Positions 13,445 to 26,082 of a DNA stretch of 64,000 bases are shown here, one piece after another. Position numbers and translations under genes: made by a program. The DNA comes from Octopus bimaculoides (Eukaryota): assembly GCF_001194135.2 (NCBI RefSeq), contig NC_068981.1, positions 156,455,284 to 156,519,283 on the forward strand. The letters are read 5' to 3'. The notes beneath the pieces are model-generated. The model saw only the letters and a list, made by a program, of their open reading frames with translations. It did no database searches and was not told the origin of the DNA. How positions within the stretch are numbered: position 1 is the stretch's first letter; each line of letters opens with the position of its first letter.

Positions 13445-14330
13445 TATACAAGATTTGATCAATAAGTATCCTGACTGGTGCTGTAAAAGCAAACATACAA
13501 CTTCTACCAATTTTGCATTTAGTCCCCTTCAGAAGCCACAAACTTAATCCAGCATTGTTTCCATTGATGGAAGCATTCCTGGAACTTGTTTTCTGGGATA
13601 ATCAGCAGCTGCCTCGTCGCATTAAACTTTATTTCCTTGAAGTCCTGAAATCTTCTTCCTTTCAAGCAGGATTTGATTTTTGGAAAGGGGAAAAAGTTGG
13701 AAGGGGTGAAATCTGAGGAGTACAGTAGCAGTTAGATCTGAGGAATGCTGTGCCTAGCCAAAAACTGCTGCACAAGCTGTGTAGCATTGGCAGGTGCTTC
13801 ATCAGCTGAAAGCAGTTTTGGTACAAACTTGGCAGACACGTGTCTCATAACCAAATCTTCAGTGATAATGGACTGAGCTAATCTGCACGTCCTCTGATAA
13901 CTTACAGATGATGATTCAACGATTTGTCCTCACAGCTGCACACACATCTGTGATGTTTTTCTCAGTTCTGTTGGTTGTAGGTCTCCCAGAACGTTCGTCA
14001 CTATCGACATTTTTTCGGCTCATACACTTCTCTCCATACATTTTCTGCAACCTTGCATAGGCCTTCTGAGCAGGTACTGCCAAGCTTTTGGCAAAATTTG
14101 AGGCAGATTCATGGTCAATGTGATGATCACACACTACACGCGTTCCTTCCAAGCGCTGCTGTAAACTGTAGAAGTGAGCTAGACCATTAAAACTTAGTGT
14201 GCATGCACAGCAGAGTTCAAGGTCAATCTGTGCCAAGTGGCTTCACTCAGTGTGCTTTAACTTCGTTATTATGGCAACAGTGCAGATACTTATTGATCAA
14301 ACTACATACCTATATGAACCAAACTTCACA
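13445..14330 (-). mobile_element. Internally deleted mariner-type transposon
   Basis: N-terminal ...LQKMYGEKCMSRK...DERSGRPTT (ORF 13916-14236) and C-terminal FFPFPKIKSCLKGRRF...ECFHQWKQCWIKFVASEGD (about 13510-13700). Confidence 0.82.
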
Positions 14331-14857
14331 AGAAACTATATGTAGATGTTATAATGTTAGTAATCAGGTCACAAAAAGCACCTAAGAATCAATGTTCCAG
14401 TGAAATGAACAGTCTTTGTGTGTTTTTAAATGGCTTATACATGTCTTTCACACAGCAATTGTTTTAGTTTCAACACAGTTTCACATCAGATCATTTCTCT
14501 GCTCAAATACACCTCCAGTATGTGTGTGTGTGTTGTAGTTCAGCTGTTAAATTTAATGATGACCTGATTGCTAAAATAAACAATAAATAAACAAATTAAA
14601 CATTTAGAAAAAGAAAGAAAGCACAAGAGGAAGATGCCTAAAGTTTTCATGTTTGCAATGAAACCAGAGAATTAAGCCATTCTTATCTGTAATGCCCTTT
14701 CTGTGTACTTGAAACAGTGGAAGTGATAGTATTTTGTTGTGAAACTCAGATCACCAGAATTAAGAGTATTGCTCTAGATTCCAAAGGCTTGAGACCTTGT
14801 ATAAATTTTCTTAATTACTTGATTAAGACACTCACACATATATATATATATATATTT

Positions 14858-14888
<31 letters not shown>

Positions 14889-15447
14889 AAGAAAGAGAGA
14901 GAGAGAGAAAGAAAGAGAGAGAGAGAGAGAAGTTTGATAGTACAAAAGGAATAAGAAGAATTGAAATCATGTGTACATATATTTTTGTATTATCTTTAAT
15001 CAGCAGAAGTTACAAAGTGATCCACTTTAAGTTGTTTTGTAAATTCTGATTAAAAATAGTAAAGATATAAATATCATTGTCAGCATCATCCTTATCATCT
15101 TTTAACATCCATCATGTTTGGTTGGTGTTGTTTGGATGGTTTGACAGGTTCTGGTATATCAGATGACTGTGTCTTGCTTCAATGTCTGCTTTGGCATGGT
15201 TTCTATAGATGGATGCCATAATGCCAACCACTTTACAGAACTGCTATATAATATTTGCCTCTCATTCTGCATCTCTACCACACATTTGTATACTTTGTTG
15301 GCTTGCATGTAGTGTCCCTTTAGGGAGTATTCCAAAAGAATTCTACAGCTACATTTCATAGGTGAGAGACCAGAGTTGTAAGGTCAGTTTGTTGTGCTAA
15401 TCACAGTAAAGATCTTTAGAGTACCAAGCTGATTGGTTACTCTAGAA

Positions 15448-15534
15448 CAGTGGTACCCAACCAGAGCTCCACCGATCCCTGGCGGTCCGCAAAGGTAGAA
15501 CTGGGGGTCCATGAACTGAATTTAAAATTTCATG

Positions 15535-15588
<54 letters not shown>

Positions 15589-15653
15589 AGGATAAGTATA
15601 TTAAAAGGGGTCCATGGAAAAACTCATTCAAATAAAAGGGTTGGGAACCACTG
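15448..15653. mobile_element. hAT (Charlie-type) MITE containing a (CA)n
   Basis: TIRs CAGTGGTACCCAAC / GTTGGGAACCACTG; 8-bp TSD ctctagaa / ctcttgaa (7/8). Confidence 0.88.
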
Positions 15654-15789
15654 CTCTTGAATGACATGCATCAGTGATGTTATTTATATGCCTCCTTCAC
15701 CTATTTCCTTCCCATTTCTTGACCAGTGGCATTACTGCCCTGGATCTTATTGAAGTGAGCTCCACTGTATACACAATTGCAAGAGAGAT

Positions 15790-16205
15790 CTCTTCTTTGG
15801 ATACCTTTAGAACTGCTTACTTCCATCCCTGAGGTGGTTCAGTGTTTGGCTTGCGAAGACCTGTTGGGGCAAGCAAAAGCGAAATCGTGATGGCACCTGT
15901 GCCCAGTGTCGCCTTCCTGGCACGTGTAAAGACATTTGAGCGAGATCGTTGCCAGTGCCGCTGGACTGGCTCCTGTGCAGGTGGCACGTAAAAAACACCA
16001 TTTTGAGCGTGGCCATTGCCAGTACCACCTGACTGGCCTTCATGCCAGTGGCACGTAAAAGCACCCACTACACTCTCGTTGTGGTTGGTGTTAGGAAGGG
16101 CATCCAGCTGTAGAAACTCTGCCAAATCAGATTGGAACCTGGTGTAGCCATCTGGTTCACCAGTCTTCAGTCAAATCGTCCTATCCACAATGATGATGAT
16201 GAATG
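15790..16205 (+). mobile_element. RTE 3' UTR fragment with (GAT)n tail
   Basis: Matches the 3' UTRs of the longer RTE copies; further solo 3' ends at about 25390-25670, 26095-26220, 40070-40175, 41850-42010, 57180-57420, 61060-61400 and 62500-62680. Confidence 0.8.
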
Positions 16206-16224
16206 CTGGCCATGTTTGGTGTAG

Positions 16225-16430
16225 TGGAGGTGCATGGTTTAGTGGTTAGGGTGTTGGACTCATAATTGTAAGATTGTGGTTTCAGTTCCTAGATGAACAA
16301 TGCATTATATTCTTAAACAAAACACTTCATTTCACATTGCTCAAGTTCTCTCAGCTGGCAAATGTAAGTATTCCTGTAACAGACTGGTATCCTGCCCAGA
16401 GGGGAGTATATATGCCATGAGTCTATATGA
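16225..16430 (+). mobile_element. tRNA-derived SINE, third family
   Basis: A-box-like tggtttagtggttagg, then aacacttcatttcacattgctc...cactcagctggcaaatg; related copies at 44092-44290(+) and about 44440-44802(-). Confidence 0.7.
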
Positions 16431-16721
16431 CTCAGGAAGGAGCTTTATCCTTTAGCCTTATGTTTGGTGTGGTGGAGTATGACAACTTAACCATATTTCT
16501 AATAAAAATGTCATGGTACCTATGTTACCAACATGCCTACCTACAATGTGCATGACGGTTACCTTACTTGGCAACAGAGGAATGATGGTGACAGAAAGAC
16601 CATCCAGCCATTGAAAAATCTGCCTCAGTGAATTTCAACAAACTAATGGCAAGCATAGAAAACTGGATGTCAAAATGGAGTTGTGCACATGTGTATGTGT
16701 GTGTGTGTGTGATAAGGAGGG

Positions 16722-16762
<41 letters not shown>

Positions 16763-16968
16763 ACATACATACATACATACATAAATACATGCATGCGTGC
16801 ATATGCTTACATACACTTATATTGTTGATCACATGTTTACAAGACATGTAGGTTCAACTCCCGCAAACAGTCTTCAATCTTTTTTATCCCAAAGGGTTTT
16901 TAAACCCAATGTTTACCTGTTATTATTTATAGCTTTATATATAATTTGAGAACCAATTCCAAAATAGT

Positions 16969-17033
<65 letters not shown>

Positions 17034-17354
17034 AAACACACAAACACACATTAGGTGTGACAGAAGGATTCTCAAGATTATTTGTACCAATTTTGTTTTT
17101 AAAAACAGATTTTCTTTGATGAGCTGTGCAATGTTTTCTAAATTCATACAAATAACCTCAAAAAGCTGATGCAATCTGTATTTACATATGCATACATACA
17201 TATAGGCATGTATGTATGTATGGATGCATGCATGCATGCATGTATATATGTATGTATGCATGCATGTATGTGTGCCTATATAAAAGTGTGTCTGAGCATA
17301 TACATATATATATATATGTATGCATGTATATATATATGTGCATGTGTGTGTATG

Positions 17355-17389
<35 letters not shown>

Positions 17390-18123
17390 NNNNNNNNNNN
17401 NNNNNNNNNNNNNNNNNNNNNNNNNNNNNNNNNNNNNNNNNNNNNNNNNNNNNNNNNNNNNNNNNNNNNNNNNNNNNNNNNNNNNNNNNNNNNNNNNNNN
17501 NNNNNNNNNNNNNNNNNNNNNNNNNNNNNNNNNNNNNNNNNNNNNNNNNNNNNNNNNNNNNNNNNNNNNNNNNNNNNNNNNNNNNNNNNNNNNNNNNNNN
17601 NNNNNNNNNNNNNNNNNNNNNNNNNNNNNNNNNNNNNNNNNNNNNNNNNNNNNNNNNNNNNNNNNNNNNNNNNNNNNNNNNNNNNNNNNNNNNNNNNNNN
17701 NNNNNNNNNNNNNNNNNNNNNNNNNNNNNNNNNNNNNNNNNNNNNNNNNNNNNNNNNNNNNNNNNNNNNNNNNNNNNNNNNNNNNNNNNNNNNNNNNNNN
17801 NNNNNNNNNNNNNNNNNNNNNNNNNNNNNNNNNNNNNNNNNNNNNNNNNNNNNNNNNNNNNNNNNNNNNNNNNNNNNNNNNNNNNNNNNNNNNNNNNNNN
17901 NNNNNNNNNNNNNNNNNNNNNNNNNNNNNNNNNNNNNNNNNNNNNNNNNNNNNNNNNNNNNNNNNNNNNNNNNNNNNNNNNNNNNNNNNNNNNNNNNNNN
18001 NNNNNNNNNNNNNNNNNNNNNNNNNNNNNNNNNNNNNNNNNNNNNNNNNNNNNNNNNNNNNNNNNNNNNNNNNNNNNNNNNNNNNNNNNNNNNNNNNNNN
18101 NNNNNNNNNNNNNNNNNNNNNNN

Positions 18124-18362
18124 GCGTTTAATCATATAATGATATAAATAATATACATATACATATGCATATATAGGGGAGAATGTACGAAAAAACAACA
18201 ACAGATGAGGACAGGTGGTGTAAATAACAAAAGGATGTATTAGTATGACGCTCAGGAATACGGAAAGTCTTTGACGTTTCGAGCTACGCTCTTCAACAGA
18301 AAGAATACGGAAACACGGAGAAAAAAAATTGAGAAAAAAAATTGAATAGTGTTCAGTCAACG
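18124..18362 (-). mobile_element. Probable Penelope-like element terminal-repeat fragment
   Basis: Contains the CTGNNGAAG...CGAAACGTC hammerhead signature typical of Penelope pLTRs; left side lost in an N-gap. Confidence 0.5.
18268..18304 (-). ncRNA. Minimal type I hammerhead ribozyme-like motif with variant core
   Basis: Minus strand: UCUUU-CUGUUGA-A-GAGC(GUA)GCUC-GAAA-C-GUC-AAAGA; 5-bp stem I, 4-bp stem II, palindromic ACGU stem III, GUC cleavage triplet. Confidence 0.55.
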
Positions 18363-18695
18363 GTCAATGATATACTTACGTCTATATGTATATATATGTA
18401 GTGGATCTTGCATGCATGAAGTAGATTCGATCAACCATAGCCAAATTTAAATTAACACTGCAACAGAACTTTTCCCACGGTGGAACAATGGCTTTTCTCT
18501 GACAGCAGTTTTACATTTTCCAGATGCCTTTAGCTAGGCCAATATAATGTCTTCACCACTTGACCCTTTCTTACCTCTTCTACTTCACCAAAAGCTAGAA
18601 TAGAGATAACGAGACTACCAACTGAATCTATTGTTCTCAATGATATGTCTATCCTTCTAGATAGTTATAAAAGCAAGAAAACACCAAGAAAAATT

Positions 18696-18787
18696 CAGTT
18701 CAGTCACCAGTCAGTGACGACTCAACCAGTTCAGTCACCAGTCAGTGACGACTCAATGAGTTCAGTCACATGATGATGGCTCAATGA
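18696..18787. repeat. Tandem repeat of about 30 bp (about 3 units)
   Basis: agttcagtcaccagtcagtgacgactcaa repeated twice, plus a diverged third unit. Confidence 0.85.
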
Positions 18788-19662
18788 GAACGAAGTCTGG
18801 CTGACCAGCTAGAACCTTGGCCAGAGGGAGAAATGAAGTTTACTGTCAGTAACTGTGAGACAACGTCCCACACTCTACAACTCTCACTAGCTCTAATTCT
18901 GTTCTCTTACAACATCATTCTATCTCTCTCTGTAATTACTACTAAACAATGAAGAGGACACAAACACAAACTTCACTTCGCATGCTTTTGGATTTATCAT
19001 AACCTGCTCGTCGAGGCAAGGTATTGTAATGTAACGATAAATAAATACTTTCTTAAAACTTCATGCATTGCTCCTCTTTCGCATCCTGCAACATGCCGTT
19101 ATAACAACAAAGTTTTATCGGCACAACTGCTGACACCGACAAATCATAATATCATTTACTAATTAATATCTCCCATTATAATTGGTGACCCTCGACTTCT
19201 ATGCAAATTATTATCATTACAACTAAAAACTTTATCGTTACAAACTGGCAATCATGATGTTGCACCATAACATGCATCGCTACAACTAAAAACAATAACC
19301 GTTACAATTGGTGACCCTCGACAACAATTAAAATCCAACCATTACACATATATGCATATGTGGGCACAGGACGTCATGAAACGTGTACAATAACAAAAAA
19401 ATACGAAGCACGAGTACATGGAACATGAACTATTCTTTTGAACAACGAAAGAGACGAATGGAAAACAAAACAAACAACATAAAGAACGACCCTTCATTAG
19501 TTGCTGGATGTTTTTCTAGTCTCATATTTCGAGCATTTAACAACAATATACACTTTCGATAAAACAGTTGCTCCCGCAAAGCAAATTAAATAAAATTTGG
19601 GATTTTGCAGAGGTTCAAAATTGGTAACACAAACAGGACAGTGAAAACAAACAGGGAGGGCA

Positions 19663-20044
19663 GCATGAAATTTTGATACAATATAAAGGACATAATAAAA
19701 ATTAATATGCACAAGCCAAATTTTGCAACACCACTACATCACATATGAAAAATTACATCGCTTAAATGGCAGCCATTTTCGGCTTCGCACACATGTGCTC
19801 TTTCCAAAACTTGCACCATAACACTCTCAAGAGTTTCAGACCCCATTTCTCTGATTTCTCTATTGATGTTCTCCTTCAGTTGCACCAGGGTATCTGGTTT
19901 GTTGATGTAAACCCTCTCTGTCAGGTATCCCCACAAGAAAAAATCCAGGCTAGTCAAATCTGGGGTTCGTGAAGGCCATTCAAAGTAGACCTCACTCAGG
20001 GTTCTAGCAAGATGGGGCAACTGCTCATACCACAAGAGAAACAA
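19663..20044 (-). mobile_element. Tc1/mariner-superfamily transposase 3' fragment (copy 1)
   Basis: WPSRTPDLTSLDFFLWGYL...ENGCHLSDVIFHM* (ORF 19739-20044). Confidence 0.88.
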
Positions 20045-20442
20045 TGCAGTTGCTACGGCACTGCTTTGGAGAGAGAATAATCTCCTGTTATGGCAATGTC
20101 AACTCCTCAGACTTGACTCGCCCAGATTTTCTCTTGTGGGTTTACATCAACAAACTGTAGATTCTGGTGCAACTGGAAGAGAACATCAATAGAGAAATCA
20201 GAGAAGTGGGGTCTGAAACTCTTGAGGCTGTTATGGTGCAAGTTTTGGAAAGAGCACGGGCATGTGAAGCCGAAAATGGGTGCCATTTTAGTGATGTCAT
20301 TTTTCATATGTGATGTAGTGGTGTTGCAAAATATGACTTGTGCATATTAATTTCCATATCAAAATTTCATGCATTTATTTGTAAAGTTAAGGAACTTATT
20401 AAAAATTGAAACCCATCAGGGACTTTTGGAACACCCAGTGTA
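20042..20442 (+). mobile_element. Tc1/mariner-superfamily transposase 3' fragment (copy 2) with terminal TIR and TA
   Basis: FGERIISCYGNVN..SDLTRPDFLLW remnant; ends gggacttttggaacacccagtg followed by TA at 20441-20442. Confidence 0.88.
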
Positions 20443-20643
20443 TAGACACACAGATACATACATACATACATTTGTGTACACCCATGCTAATGTGTGTGTG
20501 TGGTGTGTGTGAGTATGCGCACATGCGTGTGTGTTTTCATGCCAATGTGTGTTTGAACACATGCATTTATACTAACACACACACACATACATACATACAT
20601 ACATACGTAAATACATACATACATGCATACATACATGTGTATG

Positions 20644-20674
<31 letters not shown>

Positions 20675-22678
20675 GTGTGTGAGTGTGTGTGAACAAACAC
20701 ATACATATTTAATTCAGAAAAATACGACTTCCTATCGTACATAGTGCAAGCATATATATATTTATATCTGATAAAGAAATCAATACGTCAGGATTGAATG
20801 GATAGATATGTTTATTGTATAACAGTTTACAAGTGTTTGTATAGAGAATATATAATATAGTATTCTGTGAGAGAAATATTTGAAATAACATTGTAATTGT
20901 ATGTGTACATGTGTATGAATAACTCTCTTAGTATGTGTGTATATATATTTCAATGCTGTTATACAAAACACACACACACACACAGTTTCTCATATTTCGT
21001 TATTTGAAAGTATCATCATCACTTTCCATATTTGCATAGTGTTAGTCAGGTTTCACAGTTACATTGAGTTCACTATAACTAATTTATTTTCTCCACCCTA
21101 GATGGAAGAAATTCAACCCTGGTGGAACCTAATGCAAGAACTGAAAAAGTTGGATCTAAACACTAAATAGCATTTCCAGTTAAAAAATAATCATTTTGAC
21201 CATCTCTTGCCCTCCGTTTAACAAAATATACTAACTTATAAATTATACATACTAAACTTACCAGAACAGTCATAAACTTATATAAATAAAACTAATATGT
21301 GATTGATAGACTGGTAACAGCTTTCTTTCTTTCTTAAATTTCTGTTTCCTATTTACTACATGGATAAGATGATAAATTTTGAATGATGATATAACAAGCT
21401 ATTTGAACATCAGCATTTATACTTAAGTCGATGTGGCTCTCACTTCTTATATTTGGACCAATCAAAATTCGCCACATATGAGTTTAAAATAAAATGAATG
21501 TATGGTGGATTTTACGTATAAATTTTATAACAAAACAGTTAGAAAATGAGAATTTATTTTGACGGAGCAGTTTTTGCTCTCTCTACTGTGCAGAACCATG
21601 GAAGTATGTTTTTTCATGTGTGAGAATCAATTTTACTGCTGCAGGAGTTCAAAATTTAATAGAAGAAATTATCTCATGTGATTATATGCAATGCTATACA
21701 GTCTCAGTAACTAATCTACAATTTTTTAAACTTGTCAATGACGTTGCTATGAATTAAATTAATTTTGATTTTCTAAAGCTAAAGAAGAACAAGAAAATTT
21801 AAACAATTGTAACCTAAATGAATTATTAAAAACAAGATAATAGATAGCAGAGCCAATAGGAAACTAATCTATCAGTTATGTGTTTGGCAATGGTATGTTC
21901 TGTCTTCAGGATTGTTGTGTCCTAAGTAGAAACACTTAACATGCACTACTAGAATTTTACTATTTTAATTTTTTAAGTTTTATTTCATTTAACCAGAGAG
22001 GCAACAGCTGTACCCATGAAAATTTATTAAAAAATCTTTTTACTATCATAAACGCTTGCACCAGAGTGGACTTTACTAAGTACATCCAAGGCTATGGATG
22101 AAGTCAACCATCCAAAAACTCAGAATATAAAAGCATGGTGGGTTAGCAATAGCAATGTTTAGTAATTAATGAATTGTCTTGCAGTGATCAGTTCAATTCC
22201 TCCCAAAGGAAAAGCTACTCATTATAAATCAATGTTCCTGAAGGATAACATGGTGTTTCTGCTTCTGCAATTACAGACATCCTAGGCTACATCATCTTAA
22301 AAGAAGGTCACTCAATTGATAGACAGTAACATAGTGCAACCACTGACTCACAAATGCGACCTTTACTATCATAGCTACATCTATTATGACTTCAAGGGCT
22401 CTGATCTTCTGAATCAGGAAGTTTCTCCTCCCTTTATACCCAATCTCTCACCACTTAGATCCTATATGAGACACTTTGCCCAGAATTTCAACCTTCTGGA
22501 ATTTTCTCACCATGCACATATTTCTGGTATGCAGTGAACTATAGATGTTTAAGCTGGACACCATCGATCCAATCATTCTGGAAGAGCCTGTTAAAGGCCT
22601 CAAGTATTGCCACTCTGTATTTCTTTTATATTAAAAATATAAAAATAAAAACCAGGAATAAACACTTACTCTATAGGT

Positions 22679-22859
22679 CAGTGGCCCCAACCTGTTTAAC
22701 ATCCAGGCCAGATCCCAAACCTGGATATTTTAGGAGTCTGCACTGCAAAAAATCAAACATCAGTCAATTGAAGAAAATTTTATATTTATAGAGGGAAGGC
22801 TGCTGGAAGGATGCTTGAGGGCTGCTCAAGGCCCTGAGAGCCACAGTTGAGAATCATTG
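22679..22859. mobile_element. Old hAT-type MITE
   Basis: Degenerate TIRs cagtggccccaacctgt / acagttgagaatcattg; TSD poorly preserved. Confidence 0.5.
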
Positions 22860-23265
22860 TGATAGATTGTTATGACTAAGAAAAGGATTGGACTTGCAAA
22901 ATAATTTAACTCATATATATTTTTGCTTTGTATTATATATAAATATGTGTGTGTGTGTTAATGCAGTAGCTAAAAACAGAAAACCAGTAAAGTTGTCAAA
23001 TTGAAAAATCTAGAACTACAATTCTTAATCTCAATTATGTAGCTTGTTTTCTTTCTCACACACACTCTCTCTATTTTCCTCTCTCACTCTCTTTCTCTTT
23101 CTCTCTCCCCATCTCTTTCTCTCCCTCTCACTCGCACTTTCTCTCATTCTCTCTTTATTTTATTCTAGTTAATACTTTTACTTTTAACCTCCCCAAGCAG
23201 ATCTAAACAGGTTTTGAAATGCTTTTAGCTGTCACTAGAATAGTCACATACCCCCCCCCTCTCTT

Positions 23266-23299
<34 letters not shown>

Positions 23300-23632
23300 T
23301 AAACTACACATTGAAACATATGTGTTTGTGTGTGTGTATGCATCTAGCTAGATAAATAGAGTGATATGGATATATAGTTATGTACATATTCACACACAAA
23401 TAGCTCACCAAACCGCAACTTCCAACAGGTAACAAGAGTTGGAAGAAATACCATAAAGCTTTGTTTTTCCATTAGTTAATCTATTTTGCTTATCCTCCAT
23501 ACTTAATATAATTGTTTCTAATTTAGGCACAAGGCTAGCAAAATTATTTTGATTACAGTTCTTGACTGGTACTTTACCTTATTGACACAGGAGGGATGAA
23601 AGGCAGAGTGAACCTCAGAAGGATCTGAACTC

Positions 23633-23635
<3 letters not shown>

Positions 23636-23692
<57 letters not shown>

Positions 23693-23698
23693 TAATAA
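23636..23698. repeat. (TAA)n microsatellite; further long arrays at about 25023-25088 and 25289-25369
   Basis: Read directly from the sequence. Confidence 0.98.
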
Positions 23699-24465
23699 GG
23701 TTTCATATTGGCAGCACAAGATCAAAGCTTGCTTACCAAAACCAGTCAAAACGGTTCTGACCCTAAGTGCAGATTCTGCAATAATTTTGATGAAACAATA
23801 GACCATCTCGTCTTGGGATTACCCATGCTGACTCCAAACGAATACAAAAATTTCCATGATGGGGTAGGACAGTATTTACATTGGAAAATATGTAAACACT
23901 TCAAAATCAGTACTCCTGCTTACTGATATAAACATCACTATCCTCTGGGATTTTCCAGTCAACACTGACAGAACAATCCAAGCTAATTGATCAGACATAG
24001 TCATTAAAGACAGAGAAGAAAATACTTGTAGACTTATAGATGTAAGTGTTCCCACTGACAAAAATATATCTGTAAAGGAATTTGACAAATTAAGTAAATA
24101 TAAGGACCTGGAAATTGAAATACAAAAGATGTGGCATCTTAAAGCAAGAACTGTTCCTGTTATTGTGGGTGCTCTTGGTATGATAAAAAAGGAATGTCAG
24201 AAACATCTAGATAATATCCCAGGAGAACCATGTCTCAGAGAAATCCAAAAGATTGTGCTGACAAGTTCTGCCCACATCCTTAGAAAAACCATATCAATTT
24301 AAATATATGTGTTGTATTACATGAAGATATTTCCCTACTGCCCCTGCCACTTCACCTCCCCAAGCTTTCAGTCATTCTGTAACATCTCTTATCTTTCACT
24401 TGCTGTAGGATGCTAGGTATGTCTCAGTGAGTGATTGTAACAAACATGCAGATTAAAAGTAAATA
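23699..24465 (+). mobile_element. 5'-truncated R4/Dong-type non-LTR retrotransposon (CCHC finger plus restriction-like endonuclease)
   Basis: GFILAAQDQSL...CRFCNNFDETIDHLV (CCHC-type), WDFPVNTDRTIQAN*SDIVIKD...LIDVSVP..NISVKEFDKLSKYKDL...PVIVGALG...QKIVLTSSAHILRKTISI*; starts directly after (TAA)n. Confidence 0.9.
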
Positions 24466-25022
24466 ATGATGATGATGATGATGATGATTGCCCTGATGCA
24501 GTACCAGACAGAGGCTCACATGGCTTCTGATCTTAACTGATTGGAAGTACATCTACATGTTTTGTCTTGGTATAAAAGATGGGCTACAACAAATATTCTG
24601 CTCAATACCACAAATTTGCTCGTCAGTTTGACCTTAACCAGTTGAGCATGTCCCTTAGTGGCTGATGATATATGCATCTCTGATTATGAGCAGAAAATAT
24701 GTGCACCTCTGATTACGAGCCATGCGTTGAGAGGAATTCTTTGGGGTTTGGATAATTCACTTCTAGAAACATGGGTGTTTCGTTTAATATCCTTAACCTT
24801 TATTCAGGGACCTTTTGAGTGGGATGGGCTACTCAGTCTGAAAAAAATTCTAACTTGGCCCCACCTGCAAGGTCATGCACTGTTTATCTTGATATGAGAT
24901 TACCATGTCATGCACATTTGGTTGTGAGGCATGTGCCTGGAATACCCTTATCAGATTGGTATACTGGGCTTCATATATTTAACTCCAGTGTCAGTTTGAT
25001 GGCATGCACTGCTCTCTCACTC

Positions 25023-25089
<67 letters not shown>

Positions 25090-25287
25090 GTTTCAAATTT
25101 TAGCACAAGGCCAACAAGTTTAGGACAGGGGGTAAGTTGATTACACCAACCCCAGTGCTCAACTGATACTAATTTTATTGACACCCTAAAGGATGAAAAG
25201 CAAAGTCGACCTTGGTGGAATTTGAGCTCTGAATGTAAAGACTAAGCATTTTGCCCAGCATGCTACTGATTCTACCAGCTTGCCACC

Positions 25288-25371
<84 letters not shown>

Positions 25372-25670
25372 TAATTAATTAATTAATAGTAATGACCAGT
25401 GTTGCATTACTAGCACTTGTGCTGGTGGCACGTAAAAAATATCATTTGAGCGTGGCCGTTGCCAGTACTGCCTGACTGGCCCTCGTGCTGGTGGCATGTA
25501 AAAGCACCCACTACACTCTCAGAGAGGTTGGCGTTAGGAAAGGCATCCAGCTGTAGAAACTCTGCCAGATCAGATTGGAGCCTGGTGCAGCCATCTGGTT
25601 TGCCAGTCCTCAGCCAAATCGTCCAACTCATGCTAGCATGGAAAGCAGACTTTAAATGATGATGATGATG

Positions 25671-26082
25671 AGGGATGAAGGAAACCAAGATCATAGATAT
25701 TCCTATACCTGGGGATACACAGGTGAGTGACAAAGAGCTCAAAAGATGGAAAAACACAAGCTACTAAAAGATGAAATAGCACAAATGTGAGCAATTCAGA
25801 GAGTAACTGTCATTACAATAGTTATAGGGGCACTGAGAGCATTAATAACCAAGTTTAAGAAATTCTTTGGTGGAAATGGGATTGACATGAGAGTAGAACA
25901 TCAGAAGACTACTCTATTGGGGACAGTGAGGATCATGAGATTGGTACTTGGATGCTATGTATCGTGGAAAGAGACCCTGTGAGACCTTTGACAACAGACT
26001 GCTGTCCACTCTTACAAAATTAATCAGAGCAAGTGAAGTTGAGAGCTCTGAGAAGTGAAATGGATATAATAATAATAATAAT
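25671..26082 (+). mobile_element. Second, distinct R4/Dong-type endonuclease tail ending in (TAA)n
   Basis: KIIDIPIPGDTQVSDKE..KMEKHKLLKDEI...VITIVIGAL...QKTTLLGTVRIMRLVL with frameshifts. Confidence 0.8.

Noticed and set aside
17182-18360. Long ORFs of 275-392 aa, and likewise 59850-60563
   Set aside because: They consist of N-gap translated as X plus (TA)n microsatellite.
19520-19570. Second hammerhead-like half (gctcgaaatatgag on minus)
   Set aside because: No CUGANGA-like core or stem I partner upstream.
22240-22620. Coding-looking stretch with ORFs 22316-22537 and 22534-22791
   Set aside because: No convincing motif in any frame; probably an old unidentifiable element.
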